DNA from: Candidatus Rifleibacteriota bacterium
GTDB lineage: Bacteria; Muiribacteriota; Ozemobacteria; Ozemobacterales; Ozemobacteraceae
Direction of reading: 5' to 3'
Assembly: GCA_018818125.1 (NCBI GenBank)
Contig: JAHISQ010000048.1
Coordinates: 10,134-74,133 of the forward strand
Length of the DNA stretch: 64,000 nucleotides
The translations under genes were made by a program, and so were the position numbers. The notes under the pieces are model-generated. The model saw only the letters and a list, made by a program, of their open reading frames with translations. It did not search any database and was not told the origin of the DNA. This document shows positions 37,064-45,677 of the stretch, piece after piece; position 1 is the first letter of the stretch, and every line of letters begins with the position of its first letter.

Positions 37064-38467
37064 TCAGAATGAGGTGTCGAAAGCGTTGTCGAACGAATCG
37101 TCAATGGTGCCAGCTGGCTGATTGAATGCCGGCTGCGATACTGCAGAAGCAGTTGATGGCATGCCAGAGGGAGCCAGTGAAGTCGGAGCTGATGATTCGA
37201 TGCTCTGGGCAATGATGTGAGGAGTGATAAGGATAATCAGTTCCTGTGAGTTGCCGGTTTTGCCCTTGAAGCTGAACAGATTCTTGATGATCGGGATATT
37301 GCCGAGCAACGGAATTTTGTTAGTTTCTTTGCCTTCAGTGTCTTGAATGAGGCCGCCGATGAGAATCTCTTCGCCGTCTCTTACACGAACTGTAGTCTTG
37401 GCAGAACGCGTGCCGATAACCGGATACATGCCGTTGTTCGACCATTCTTCAACGAAAGATACTTCAGGTTCAGCGTCAACAGTGATGTAACCATCGTCGT
37501 TGATTCTTGGAGTAACTTTCAGCTTTATGCCGGTATCTTTTTCTTTAGGTGGCTGGTCAGCACCACCTGGGTAGATAACTTTCTTACCAACAATGATTTC
37601 AGCTTCCTGGCCGTTAACAGCAGAGATCTTGGGGTTCGACAGAACCTTGGTTTCACTGCGTTTTTCAAGTGCGGCAAAGGTAGCCTTAAACAGGAGGTTT
37701 TCTCGATAGAAATCGCCAAGACCAAACATGTCGCCCTGTTGTCCGCCAAAGTTTTCCTGATAGAGGCCAGAGTCAGGATTCACAGCAAAGTATTCCTTGG
37801 TGGCGAACAGTGGAACTGCGCCAGTATCAACAGAATAATCAGCGTCACTACCAAGCTTGCCTTGCCATTTGAAACCAATGCTTTTGGATGCGTTGGTATT
37901 GACTTCAACGATCTTGGCTTCCATCATGACCTGGTGAACAGGTGTATCGATGGTTTCGATCAATTTCTTTACTTCGTCGAGAAGGTCTTTCCCGCCAGAG
38001 ACGATAACCGCATTGATGCGATCGTCGGTAGCTACCTTGACTTCTTTTCTGATGGTCGAGGTAATTACCTTTGCCACATCTGCCGCTTTAGCATACTGCA
38101 AGCGTTTGGTAATAGTAAGGCCTTTCTCGAAGGCTTCGATCAGTTTCTTTTCATCGGCGAGAATCCAGGTGTTACCGATCTTGCGGACGGCAAAACCGTT
38201 AGTCTTGGCGATAAGGTTCATGGCTTCTTCGTAATAAACGTCTGACATTTTTACGGTAACCGCTCCACGAACGCTTTTCTCAGCAATGATGTTGGTTCCA
38301 GACTGCTGGGCGATAACCTTGATGATCTGACGAATATCAGTATCTCGGAAATCAAGAGTGATGTTATCTTCGGCTCGCAATGAACCTGGTAACAACATAG
38401 CGACTGTAAGAGCCGCAAATAGTAGTAAGATGTTGGTCTTCTTCCTGGTGTAACCCGTGGAACTCAT
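37064..38467 (-). CDS. pilQ: Secretin (short PilQ/GspD family, no AMIN domains seen)
   Basis: N0 ITLDFRDTDIR; N-domain LQYAKAADV, DDRINAVIV; motifs QVMMEAKIVEV, GIKLKVTPRI, KIPLLGNIPIIKNLF, ELIILITP; RBS GGAGG before ATG 38467. Confidence 0.9.
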   Translation of the reverse strand: MSSTGYTRKKTNILLLFAALTVAMLLPGSLRAEDNITLDFRDTDIRQIIKVIAQQSGTNIIAEKSVRGAVTVKMSDVYYEEAMNLIAKTNGFAVRKIGNTWILADEKKLIEAFEKGLTITKRLQYAKAADVAKVITSTIRKEVKVATDDRINAVIVSGGKDLLDEVKKLIETIDTPVHQVMMEAKIVEVNTNASKSIGFKWQGKLGSDADYSVDTGAVPLFATKEYFAVNPDSGLYQENFGGQQGDMFGLGDFYRENLLFKATFAALEKRSETKVLSNPKISAVNGQEAEIIVGKKVIYPGGADQPPKEKDTGIKLKVTPRINDDGYITVDAEPEVSFVEEWSNNGMYPVIGTRSAKTTVRVRDGEEILIGGLIQDTEGKETNKIPLLGNIPIIKNLFSFKGKTGNSQELIILITPHIIAQSIESSAPTSLAPSGMPSTASAVSQPAFNQPAGTIDDSFDNAFDTSF

Positions 38468-38640
38468 TCTTTTATACCTCCGAACGGGAATGTTCGACAA
38501 CAAAAATCTCCGACAAGTGCCATTGATGGTTTGTCAGTTGATACATCGACAAGTTTTGTTAATTCGTGAAGCAAAATTATCATTTTCTTTTTGTATTTCT
38601 CATGTCGCTGTTAATAAGCGATCAGTTTTGATAAATACCC

Positions 38641-38668
38641 ATATCGACCAGATGCAGTAAATGTCTGA
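38641..38668 (-). promoter_or_regulatory. Weaker sigma-28-like promoter upstream of the secretin gene
   Basis: TCAG-N16-GTCGATAT. Confidence 0.4.
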
Positions 38669-38722
38669 TAATTTGCCGGAAAATATTTTGAAAAACCGAT
38701 TGATGTGGTATTCTCTTGTTAG

Positions 38723-38938
38723 ATGAATATCTTTGACAATGCATGGTCCAGCGTTGGGATTGCTATTATTTCATTGCCTACTCTTGTTTCTATTATTGTT
38801 TTTGGCAAGAGCAGGGGAATGGAAGAGGCTTTTCGCATTGGAATTAATGTCACCTTCGTTTTGGTCGGCCTTTGTGCAGTTTTTATGTTTTTTTACATTG
38901 CGATTAAATTCGTGAATAACTTCAGAGGCAAAAAGTGA
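38723..38938 (+). CDS. Small two-TM membrane protein
   Basis: 71 aa with two hydrophobic helices and a basic C-terminus; extended -10 TGG-TATTCT ends 8 nt before the ATG. Confidence 0.65.
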   Translation: MNIFDNAWSSVGIAIISLPTLVSIIVFGKSRGMEEAFRIGINVTFVLVGLCAVFMFFYIAIKFVNNFRGKK

Positions 38939-39071
38939 AATTGTTTTTAACTGAAAGCTAGTCTTCTGGCTATGTGCTGAATGAATTTTTCCAAAGTGTT
39001 CTAATTTGGACTCAGATTTGGACTCAGAAACAATTTTTTTGGAGCGTAACTTCACCTGATTTGTTCCGATG

Positions 39072-39132
39072 AAAAAGGGCTGTAACAGTGCGATTGCCTG
39101 ATTTTACTCAGGGCGCGTCTGTTACAGCCCTT
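39072..39132 (-). terminator. Long compound hairpin / terminator after pilP
   Basis: 14-bp outer stem AAGGGCTGTAACAG/CTGTTACAGCCCTT, inner CCTGA/TCAGG stem, A5 flank. Confidence 0.75.
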
Positions 39133-39158
39133 CGGCTTAACCTGACCCGATTAACAGG

Positions 39159-39776
39159 TCATTCTTTTTCGTCGCCACCAATCTTAAAGGTATGGCGGCG
39201 CTGTTCCTTGTTCGAATAAACCACGATGCGGTCATTCTGAATGTCAACAACCTTGAATTTGCCATCGACGATCTGGTCTTTAGTTACAGTATGTTCTTCG
39301 TTTTCGAATTTGATAACTGCCAGACGCGCACCTTCGTTACCAACGATGCCGGTCACAAAAACCTTGATCGGTTTAACCGCGGGTGGCTGTGGTTTGTTGT
39401 CGCCTGGTCTTGCTACTGGTTGAACAGTTCTTACTGGTGGCAATACGACCTTCTTTTCGACTATCGGCTTGAACGGGTCTTTGTTAGCGTTTTCAGTAAC
39501 AAAAGAATATTTGTTGAGAAGAGAGTCAATCTGTTCCTGTTCAGTCATTTTGGAGGTGTCTACCATGCCGTTGCCACCTGAAACGGGGCTTTCTGCGACC
39601 ATGCCGTCACCAAGGGCCGTGTCATCAGCTGGAGCTGCCGCGGCCGGTTCGCCGCCGATGTCATCGAGACCTCCGAAATCGTCGAGATCGTCAACCGCAA
39701 ATACCTGCGGCGCAGCAAGAAGGAACACTGTCAGACAGATTATTCCCAATGATCTTAGTGGGCTGTATCTACTCAT
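39159..39776 (-). CDS. PilP-like pilus assembly protein
   Basis: Follows pilO; KDPFKP motif, Pro-rich linker, beta-domain VTGIV...AVI...FKVVDIQNDRIVV; RBS GGAGG before ATG 39776. Confidence 0.75.
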   Translation of the reverse strand: MSRYSPLRSLGIICLTVFLLAAPQVFAVDDLDDFGGLDDIGGEPAAAAPADDTALGDGMVAESPVSGGNGMVDTSKMTEQEQIDSLLNKYSFVTENANKDPFKPIVEKKVVLPPVRTVQPVARPGDNKPQPPAVKPIKVFVTGIVGNEGARLAVIKFENEEHTVTKDQIVDGKFKVVDIQNDRIVVYSNKEQRRHTFKIGGDEKE

Positions 39777-39800
39777 ATTAATCAGTCCTCCTTTGTGCAA

Positions 39801-40361
39801 TTATATGCCGCTGCCCATGATGTAGACCTTGGCGCTAAGCGTTACGCTGAGGAGCGGGCTTTTGCTTTCGCGGTCTACTTCGGCAGATACAGAAACGTTC
39901 ATTGAACCAGCTGCCAGATTGATGATCTTGCGGCGTTCCATGATGGTGAGAAAGTTGCCAATGTCTTTGAAAGTACCCAGAACAGTCATTTCTACAGGCA
40001 GTTCAGACCAGTCTTCGGCACGAACTAGTGGCGAAATGCGGATGTCCTGAAATTTAACTTTGAATTTATTAGCTACGGTTTCAGTTGAATCAAGCAGTTT
40101 GGGAACAACGGTGTTGAGCTGGTTTGATTCCATCTGCAACTTGTTTTTCTGCTCCGTCAATTTTGAAATCTGGTTACGCAATTCGGCCATTTCTTCTTCG
40201 ATATTGGCCAGTTGAGCTTTTTGTCTCTCCAGACCTTCTATTTCGGTGTTAATTTTGCGGCCTTCTTCTTCCATTGGCTGGTAGTAGTTCATGTAGAAGA
40301 GCACCCCGGCACCAATTGCAACAACCAGGAGGAAGATAGTTACTACGGCAAAGTTGTTCAT
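39801..40361 (-). CDS. pilO: Type IV pilus assembly protein PilO
   Basis: TM, coiled coil, ELPVEMTVLGTFKDIGNFL. Confidence 0.88.
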   Translation of the reverse strand: MNNFAVVTIFLLVVAIGAGVLFYMNYYQPMEEEGRKINTEIEGLERQKAQLANIEEEMAELRNQISKLTEQKNKLQMESNQLNTVVPKLLDSTETVANKFKVKFQDIRISPLVRAEDWSELPVEMTVLGTFKDIGNFLTIMERRKIINLAAGSMNVSVSAEVDRESKSPLLSVTLSAKVYIMGSGI

Positions 40362-40362
40362 T

Positions 40363-40974
40363 TTAACCTCCCAGGTTCTTGTCGCCGAGATCGCGTTTGA
40401 TTCGGCAGTTCACTTCAAAGCGCCAGACCGGCATTTTTTCGTAGATGTTCTTGGTAGCGCTTGTCAAAAAGACTTCTTCAAAATGTTCATGTCCCTGAAG
40501 CGCCTGGATAAATTGCTGAATCCCTTTGGTCAGCTGACCACCAGCTTTTGGCTCTTCAGCGCCATCTTCGTTACACGAATAGGCAGTAATCTGAACGCGG
40601 CGATCCGAGTCAATGCGCAAATTGGTAATCCAGACAGTTTTCTCAGGCACTACGCTGGTCAGATTGCTGAACGCCTGCGACCACTGCAGAAGAGTTGCGC
40701 CAGAGAGCTGTTTGAGTCGCGAAATATCAGCTTCGATTTTGCCGCGTTCCTGGCGAAGACGGTCTTTGATGTCGAGTTTCGATTGTTCGCGGGCAATCTC
40801 GTTCTTGAGCGTCTCGCGTTTCTTTATTGCATCGTTGTTCATGCCTTTGATCATCTCGGTGCCTGCCATGAAGCCGGCTATAATACCAATTGCACCAATA
40901 ACGAAGAATATCGCTGCGAACGGAACCTGAATTGGCTTGCGCCGTTTGACCGTTAATAGGTTAATTCTAATCAT
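40363..40974 (-). CDS. pilN: Type IV pilus assembly protein PilN
   Basis: MIRINLL, TM, coiled coil, VPEKTVWITNL. Confidence 0.9.
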   Translation of the reverse strand: MIRINLLTVKRRKPIQVPFAAIFFVIGAIGIIAGFMAGTEMIKGMNNDAIKKRETLKNEIAREQSKLDIKDRLRQERGKIEADISRLKQLSGATLLQWSQAFSNLTSVVPEKTVWITNLRIDSDRRVQITAYSCNEDGAEEPKAGGQLTKGIQQFIQALQGHEHFEEVFLTSATKNIYEKMPVWRFEVNCRIKRDLGDKNLGG

Positions 40975-40976
40975 AA

Positions 40977-42071
40977 TTAGTCTCCCACCACCCCTCGCAA
41001 GGCGAGCCCGATGGCAACCGTATACTGCTGAAGATTGTCATAGAGTTCATCGGGGTCAGGACAGGTAACAGCTATTCCTTCGAGCGGGTTTCCCATAAAC
41101 ACGTCTACGCCAAGCTCATTGCTGATGTAGGTGTTAAAACTTTTGAGGTTTGAGCTGCCGCCTGAGAGAATGATGCGATGAATGAGAGGTTCACGAGACT
41201 GTGCTTTGAAGTAGTCGAAAGAACGCCTGATTTCTGAGGCAAGCTCCTCGACAGTGGTTTTTACCACTTCAGAAATTTCATTCGCTCCAGTATCACCAAT
41301 ACTCACTTCTGCCTCTTCGATCTTTAGCGATTCGGCCTGATCAAATTCCTGTTTCATAACATCTTTGATCATTTCGGTGATATTGTTGCCGGCAATTGGA
41401 ATGTTTCTGGTGAACATCAGAATGCCTGATTTGAGAACCGAAATGTTCGTGGTTCTCGCGCCGGCATCAATTATTGCTACAACTTCGCCGCCCTCTTGAG
41501 TGCTGGCTGTCTGCAGATATGATCCTTCAAGCGCGTTGAGCGCTGCGATCGTGTCTACGTCAACCACTTCTGGTGTAAGGCCAGAGCTTTTGAGGACGTC
41601 TGTGTAGGAGTTGACCAGATCTTTCTGCGCAACTACCAGCAGAATAGAATACTTACCGCCGCCATCTTCTTCTTCATCAACGGTAGACAACACTGCATGC
41701 GTGATGCTTACCTCGTCGATGGCATAGGGTACATACTGTTCTGCTTCAATGCGCACAGTTTGCTCAAGTTCCTCAGGCGACATGACCGGCAGCTTGGTAA
41801 AGCGCATGATCACGTTTTGCCCGGAGATCGATACAAAAGTTCGTTCCGGTTTGATTTTCCGGCTCTTCATAATGTCCTTGATGACTGCTGAAACTGACTG
41901 TGGATCGCCCACTGCACCTTCTGTCATAGCGTCGGGGGGCAGTGGCATCATCCCATAGTTGACCAGTTCAGGGCCAGAAGGAGACTTTTTGAGCTGAACG
42001 ATCTTAACAGCTGAGGTGCCTATATCGACGCCCACCGCTGTATTGGTGTTCCCAAAGGTGAACAATCCCAT
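40977..42071 (-). CDS. pilM: Type IV pilus assembly protein PilM
   Basis: Motifs VGVDIGTSAVKIVQL, EAEQYVPY, IDAGARTT, EIRRSFDYF, ILSGGSS, AIGLALRG. Confidence 0.95.
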   Translation of the reverse strand: MGLFTFGNTNTAVGVDIGTSAVKIVQLKKSPSGPELVNYGMMPLPPDAMTEGAVGDPQSVSAVIKDIMKSRKIKPERTFVSISGQNVIMRFTKLPVMSPEELEQTVRIEAEQYVPYAIDEVSITHAVLSTVDEEEDGGGKYSILLVVAQKDLVNSYTDVLKSSGLTPEVVDVDTIAALNALEGSYLQTASTQEGGEVVAIIDAGARTTNISVLKSGILMFTRNIPIAGNNITEMIKDVMKQEFDQAESLKIEEAEVSIGDTGANEISEVVKTTVEELASEIRRSFDYFKAQSREPLIHRIILSGGSSNLKSFNTYISNELGVDVFMGNPLEGIAVTCPDPDELYDNLQQYTVAIGLALRGVVGD

Positions 42072-42139
42072 ACGCTCTTTCCTCCAAATTAGTCACGACT
42101 CGTGCCCGTGACGGCTTAAATTTACAGAATGTCAGTTTT

Positions 42140-42166
42140 CTATCGGCTGTTTCTTAACCAAATTTA
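42140..42166 (-). promoter_or_regulatory. Sigma-28-type promoter upstream of pilM
   Basis: TAAA-N15-GCCGATAG, about 70 nt upstream of pilM. Confidence 0.7.
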
Positions 42167-42185
42167 ATCTAAATCCAAAAAAACT

Positions 42186-43667
42186 TCAATAATCCAGACT
42201 TCGCAGTGCAACGTTCGAATAGTAGAAGGCAAGAATTTGCCGGTAAGACCAGTTTCGTTTACCCATTTCTATTGTGCCGGCCTGGCACAGACCGACCTGG
42301 TGTCCGTAGCCCCGCCCAAACAACTGCAACTCATTGAGAGTATCTCTGTTCGCCTGAACCTGCCCTTTTGTCGCCGCAGTAGCAGATGGAAGGGTCGAGC
42401 TGCTGCTTTCTGCTTCCTCGCGGCTTGCCAGACGCAATCCGATTGTCTGCCAGCCCTCTGCTGGTCGAAGCGTGCGCTTGAGGCCTGATTCAGTAAGGAT
42501 CATCAGCTGGTTTGGACCATCGCCGGCATCATCAACCAGCGCCGCAATCCTCAGTGTGGTATGTTGCATCAGCTGCGAATTCACAGGTGTCTTAACTGGT
42601 GCTGCCGCCGCGATTACTTCTCTGGCACGGCTTCGGTTACCAAGTAAGAAAGTAGTGCTCGGCAGATTGAACAGTCTTCTGAATGTTGTTCCTCGCACTT
42701 TGTGTGTGCCCGTATCTGTGTGCAGAATGATACTGGTGACTCTGTCCATGTTTGCTGGTGCATCAATCTCGGCATCGTAAAGTTTCGAAAACACAATTTT
42801 CTCGCGGCGCAGCGCATTAGTGAGCTCGGCGGGCTTTATCGATCTTGTCCAGCGGTAATTATGGCCGTCTTTGCAGAACGGGCAGATCACTCTGCGCAGA
42901 TAACTCCGCGGCGCGCCACCAAAAACCTTGTCGTTGTCAGAGGTCATGCCGCCGCAGCTGGCATGGTAGAGTGTTGCGATTGGCTCCCCGTCCGAAATCA
43001 TAATTATGCCCCGGGTTGCCTTCACTGCCGGATCAATCGCGGCGCGTTCAGCTTTGACACCACTGTAGACTTGGCAATGTGTTGAATCACATACGTCAGC
43101 ACCTTCTGAGCCATGCTTGCCGCGACTTGCGTAGGCATAGGTCCGAGCGATGACTGTTTGTGCCCGCAGCGATTCAACTGGTGACATTGAGCCTATTTCG
43201 CTGCCTACAACGCCGCGTAGATAGCTTTCGATGCCGACATGGTTGATGATACGTGCGCCCTTGTCGCTAATAACTGCCTGTAGATAACCCCGGTAAAGAT
43301 TTTTGTCGAGCTGAACGAGACTATTGTTGCCATGCAAAGCGATGGTTTCGCCTCTATACTGGGTACGACTTCTATTTTTGCCAGAAGCAGGCAGCTCCCA
43401 TGAAAACACTTCGTTTTTTCTGAATGTCTTGATTTTTCGACCGCGACTGTTCTCCAACCAGCCGCCATCCGGAAACTTGACGCTGAACTTTGTGTGATTA
43501 CCGCCCATCTTGACTCGCAGGACTGGCTCGGAATTGTCGGATTTTTGCTGTCGTCGCGCCGCTTCAGAAAACGCTGGAAACAGTAAAATTCCGGCAATGG
43601 TCAGAATCATCAGCAACAGGCTGTTGCTGAGGTTTTTGTTGAACCCACCGGTTTCTGACCTGTTCAT
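42186..43667 (-). CDS. SpoIID/LytB domain lytic transglycosylase
   Basis: Motifs YLRGVVGSEI (catalytic Glu), AQTVIARTYA, DVCDSTHCQVY, YHASCGG, GYGHQVGLCQ, ILAFYY. Confidence 0.92.
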   Translation of the reverse strand: MNRSETGGFNKNLSNSLLLMILTIAGILLFPAFSEAARRQQKSDNSEPVLRVKMGGNHTKFSVKFPDGGWLENSRGRKIKTFRKNEVFSWELPASGKNRSRTQYRGETIALHGNNSLVQLDKNLYRGYLQAVISDKGARIINHVGIESYLRGVVGSEIGSMSPVESLRAQTVIARTYAYASRGKHGSEGADVCDSTHCQVYSGVKAERAAIDPAVKATRGIIMISDGEPIATLYHASCGGMTSDNDKVFGGAPRSYLRRVICPFCKDGHNYRWTRSIKPAELTNALRREKIVFSKLYDAEIDAPANMDRVTSIILHTDTGTHKVRGTTFRRLFNLPSTTFLLGNRSRAREVIAAAAPVKTPVNSQLMQHTTLRIAALVDDAGDGPNQLMILTESGLKRTLRPAEGWQTIGLRLASREEAESSSSTLPSATAATKGQVQANRDTLNELQLFGRGYGHQVGLCQAGTIEMGKRNWSYRQILAFYYSNVALRSLDY

Positions 43668-43699
43668 GTCTTTTACCTTCTTGAGTCGCGTTCAATGAT

Positions 43700-44278
43700 T
43701 TAAACGCCAGAGCCGACACCTGGATTTAGAATTCTTTTATCGTTCTTATAGCGATCATGCTCGCTGAAAATACAGCCACAATATTTTTGCCTGTATAAAC
43801 CAAGTTCGCGAGCCTTTTCATTTGATCCGCGAAATCCCGGCCTGAAATCCGTGTAATGAAAGGCTACGCCATTTTCTGCAGCAACTTCCTTGCCGGTTTT
43901 GATCAGTAGCTCGTGATCCTGATAAGGACTGATGAGCAGAGTTGTTGTAAATGCCGCAATGCCGGCGATAGTTGCAGCTTTTGCCGTAGCTTCGAGTCGT
44001 AGGCGATAGCAGATTTCACAGCGGCCTGCCCCAAAATCGTTATTGAGAGCGTGCAAAAAACGGTTGAGACCATAAGCGGTATCACCGAATATAATTTCGA
44101 GCTTAAAATGTGTCGCTGCTGTTTTAAAAGATTCGAGTCGCTGCTGATATTCTATGAATGGGTGAATGTTTGGGTTTTCCCAGAAGAGCAACGTGTTGCC
44201 AGCACCGGCATTTGCTTCAAGCAGGGGGTATGAGCCGGTCAGACATGGGCCACAGCAAGTGTGCAGCAGAATTGCCAT
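43700..44278 (-). CDS. queH: Epoxyqueuosine reductase QueH (DUF208)
   Basis: Motifs LLHTCCGPC, NPNIHP..EY, RCEICY, FTTTLLISP, YRQKYCGCIFS. Confidence 0.93.
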   Translation of the reverse strand: MAILLHTCCGPCLTGSYPLLEANAGAGNTLLFWENPNIHPFIEYQQRLESFKTAATHFKLEIIFGDTAYGLNRFLHALNNDFGAGRCEICYRLRLEATAKAATIAGIAAFTTTLLISPYQDHELLIKTGKEVAAENGVAFHYTDFRPGFRGSNEKARELGLYRQKYCGCIFSEHDRYKNDKRILNPGVGSGV

Positions 44279-44280
44279 TG

Positions 44281-45621
44281 TTATGCTTTTTCTCCCGGAT
44301 TCAACAGAGTGCCCGAAAGGGTCCAGTTGCGGGCTTTTTCGATGCGAACCTTTACATAACTTCCGATCAGAGATTTGTCGCCAGGAAAGTCTACAGAGCG
44401 CCCGCTGCGGGTTTTGCCGACCAGATGGCTCTGATCGCGTGCGGCAGCTGATTCTGTCAGTAACTCGTATTCTTGCCCGATAAGCTTGCGGCTTTCTTCA
44501 AGACTGATGAGATTTTGAACCTCAATAAGCTTTGCCAGTCGCGCTTTTTTTTCATTTTCACTGAGTTGCTCGGTCATTTTTGCTGCTTCGGTTCCGTTGC
44601 GCAGTGAATAGTAATACATAAATGCGGACTCATAGCGAACCTTCTGCACCAGTTCAAGTGTGTCGGCAAAGTCCTGTTCTCTCTCTCCTGGAAATCCGCA
44701 GATAATGTCAGTGCTCAGACTTGCTCCTGGGATGTTTTCGCGCACAGCATCAATAAGTTCAACATACATTTCACGGCTGTAGCCACGCTTCATTAGCTCA
44801 AGAATGTGGTTTGAGCCAGATTGAACCGGCAGATGATATTGCTCGCAAACTTTTTTGAGTTGAGCAATACGTTTAATAGAGGCCAGCGAAAAATCGCGTG
44901 GGTGCGAAGTCATAAAGCGCACCCATTTAATGCCATCAATTCCTTCAATCATCTCAAGCAGCTGGGTAAAGCCCTCTTCGAGACCGATATCGCGTCCATA
45001 GGCGTTGACATTCTGGCCAAGAAGAGTTACTTCACTGACTCCACGCGCGGCCAGATCGCTGATGTAGTTTTTAAGCTCAGATAAAGGGCGGCTGATCTCG
45101 GGGCCGCGAACGTATGGAACTATGCAGTAGGAGCAAAAGTTTGTGCAGCCTCTGATAATATTTATCATTGCCGAAAATGGTCTGCTCAGAACAATTCCGT
45201 CGGCTGAATCTCCATCAAAAGCGCCCTTGCCAATAAAACTGCCGAGGGTTTTGCCATTGGCAGCACGTTGTAGCAGAAGAGGCAGCTCTTCGATGTCGTT
45301 TGGCCCAAAAACCAGGTCTACAAGGGGCAGCGCCTCAAGTAGCTCAGCTTGCATATTCTGCGCCATACAGCCCGAAACGCCAATGATTAGATGCGAATTG
45401 CGTTTTTTATGATTTATCAGCGACTGAATTCTGCCGATAAGACGCTGCTCAGCGTGCTGACGAACGCAGCAGGTATTGAAGAGTATCAGGTCAGCTTCTT
45501 CTTCATTTTCTGTCTCAGCATAGCCAATCGAAGCCAATAGGCCGCGTAGCCGCTGTGAATCTGCCTGATTCATCTGACAGCCAAAGGTTGTAAGCAGAAA
45601 TTTTGGGTGTGACTTGTTCAT
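44281..45621 (-). CDS. miaB: tRNA methylthiotransferase MiaB
   Basis: Motifs TFGCQMN, NTCCVR, GCMAQ, GCTNFCSYCIVPYVRG, LLGQNVNAY, TSHPRD; TRAM domain. Confidence 0.95.
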   Translation of the reverse strand: MNKSHPKFLLTTFGCQMNQADSQRLRGLLASIGYAETENEEEADLILFNTCCVRQHAEQRLIGRIQSLINHKKRNSHLIIGVSGCMAQNMQAELLEALPLVDLVFGPNDIEELPLLLQRAANGKTLGSFIGKGAFDGDSADGIVLSRPFSAMINIIRGCTNFCSYCIVPYVRGPEISRPLSELKNYISDLAARGVSEVTLLGQNVNAYGRDIGLEEGFTQLLEMIEGIDGIKWVRFMTSHPRDFSLASIKRIAQLKKVCEQYHLPVQSGSNHILELMKRGYSREMYVELIDAVRENIPGASLSTDIICGFPGEREQDFADTLELVQKVRYESAFMYYYSLRNGTEAAKMTEQLSENEKKARLAKLIEVQNLISLEESRKLIGQEYELLTESAAARDQSHLVGKTRSGRSVDFPGDKSLIGSYVKVRIEKARNWTLSGTLLNPGEKA

Positions 45622-45677
45622 GATAGCGCCATTTTAACACAAGTCAGGTGCTATTCATATACCCTCAGACGAGGCAA

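Noticed and set aside
37343-38245. 300-aa plus-strand ORF
   Set aside because: It lies entirely antisense to the secretin gene and has no recognisable motifs; treated as a shadow ORF like most short ORFs in the track.
38500-38545. Possible c-di-GMP-I riboswitch upstream of the secretin gene (GACAAACC...GGCAC on the minus strand)
   Set aside because: It lacks the GNRA tetraloop, the GCAAA segment and the second stem of the consensus.
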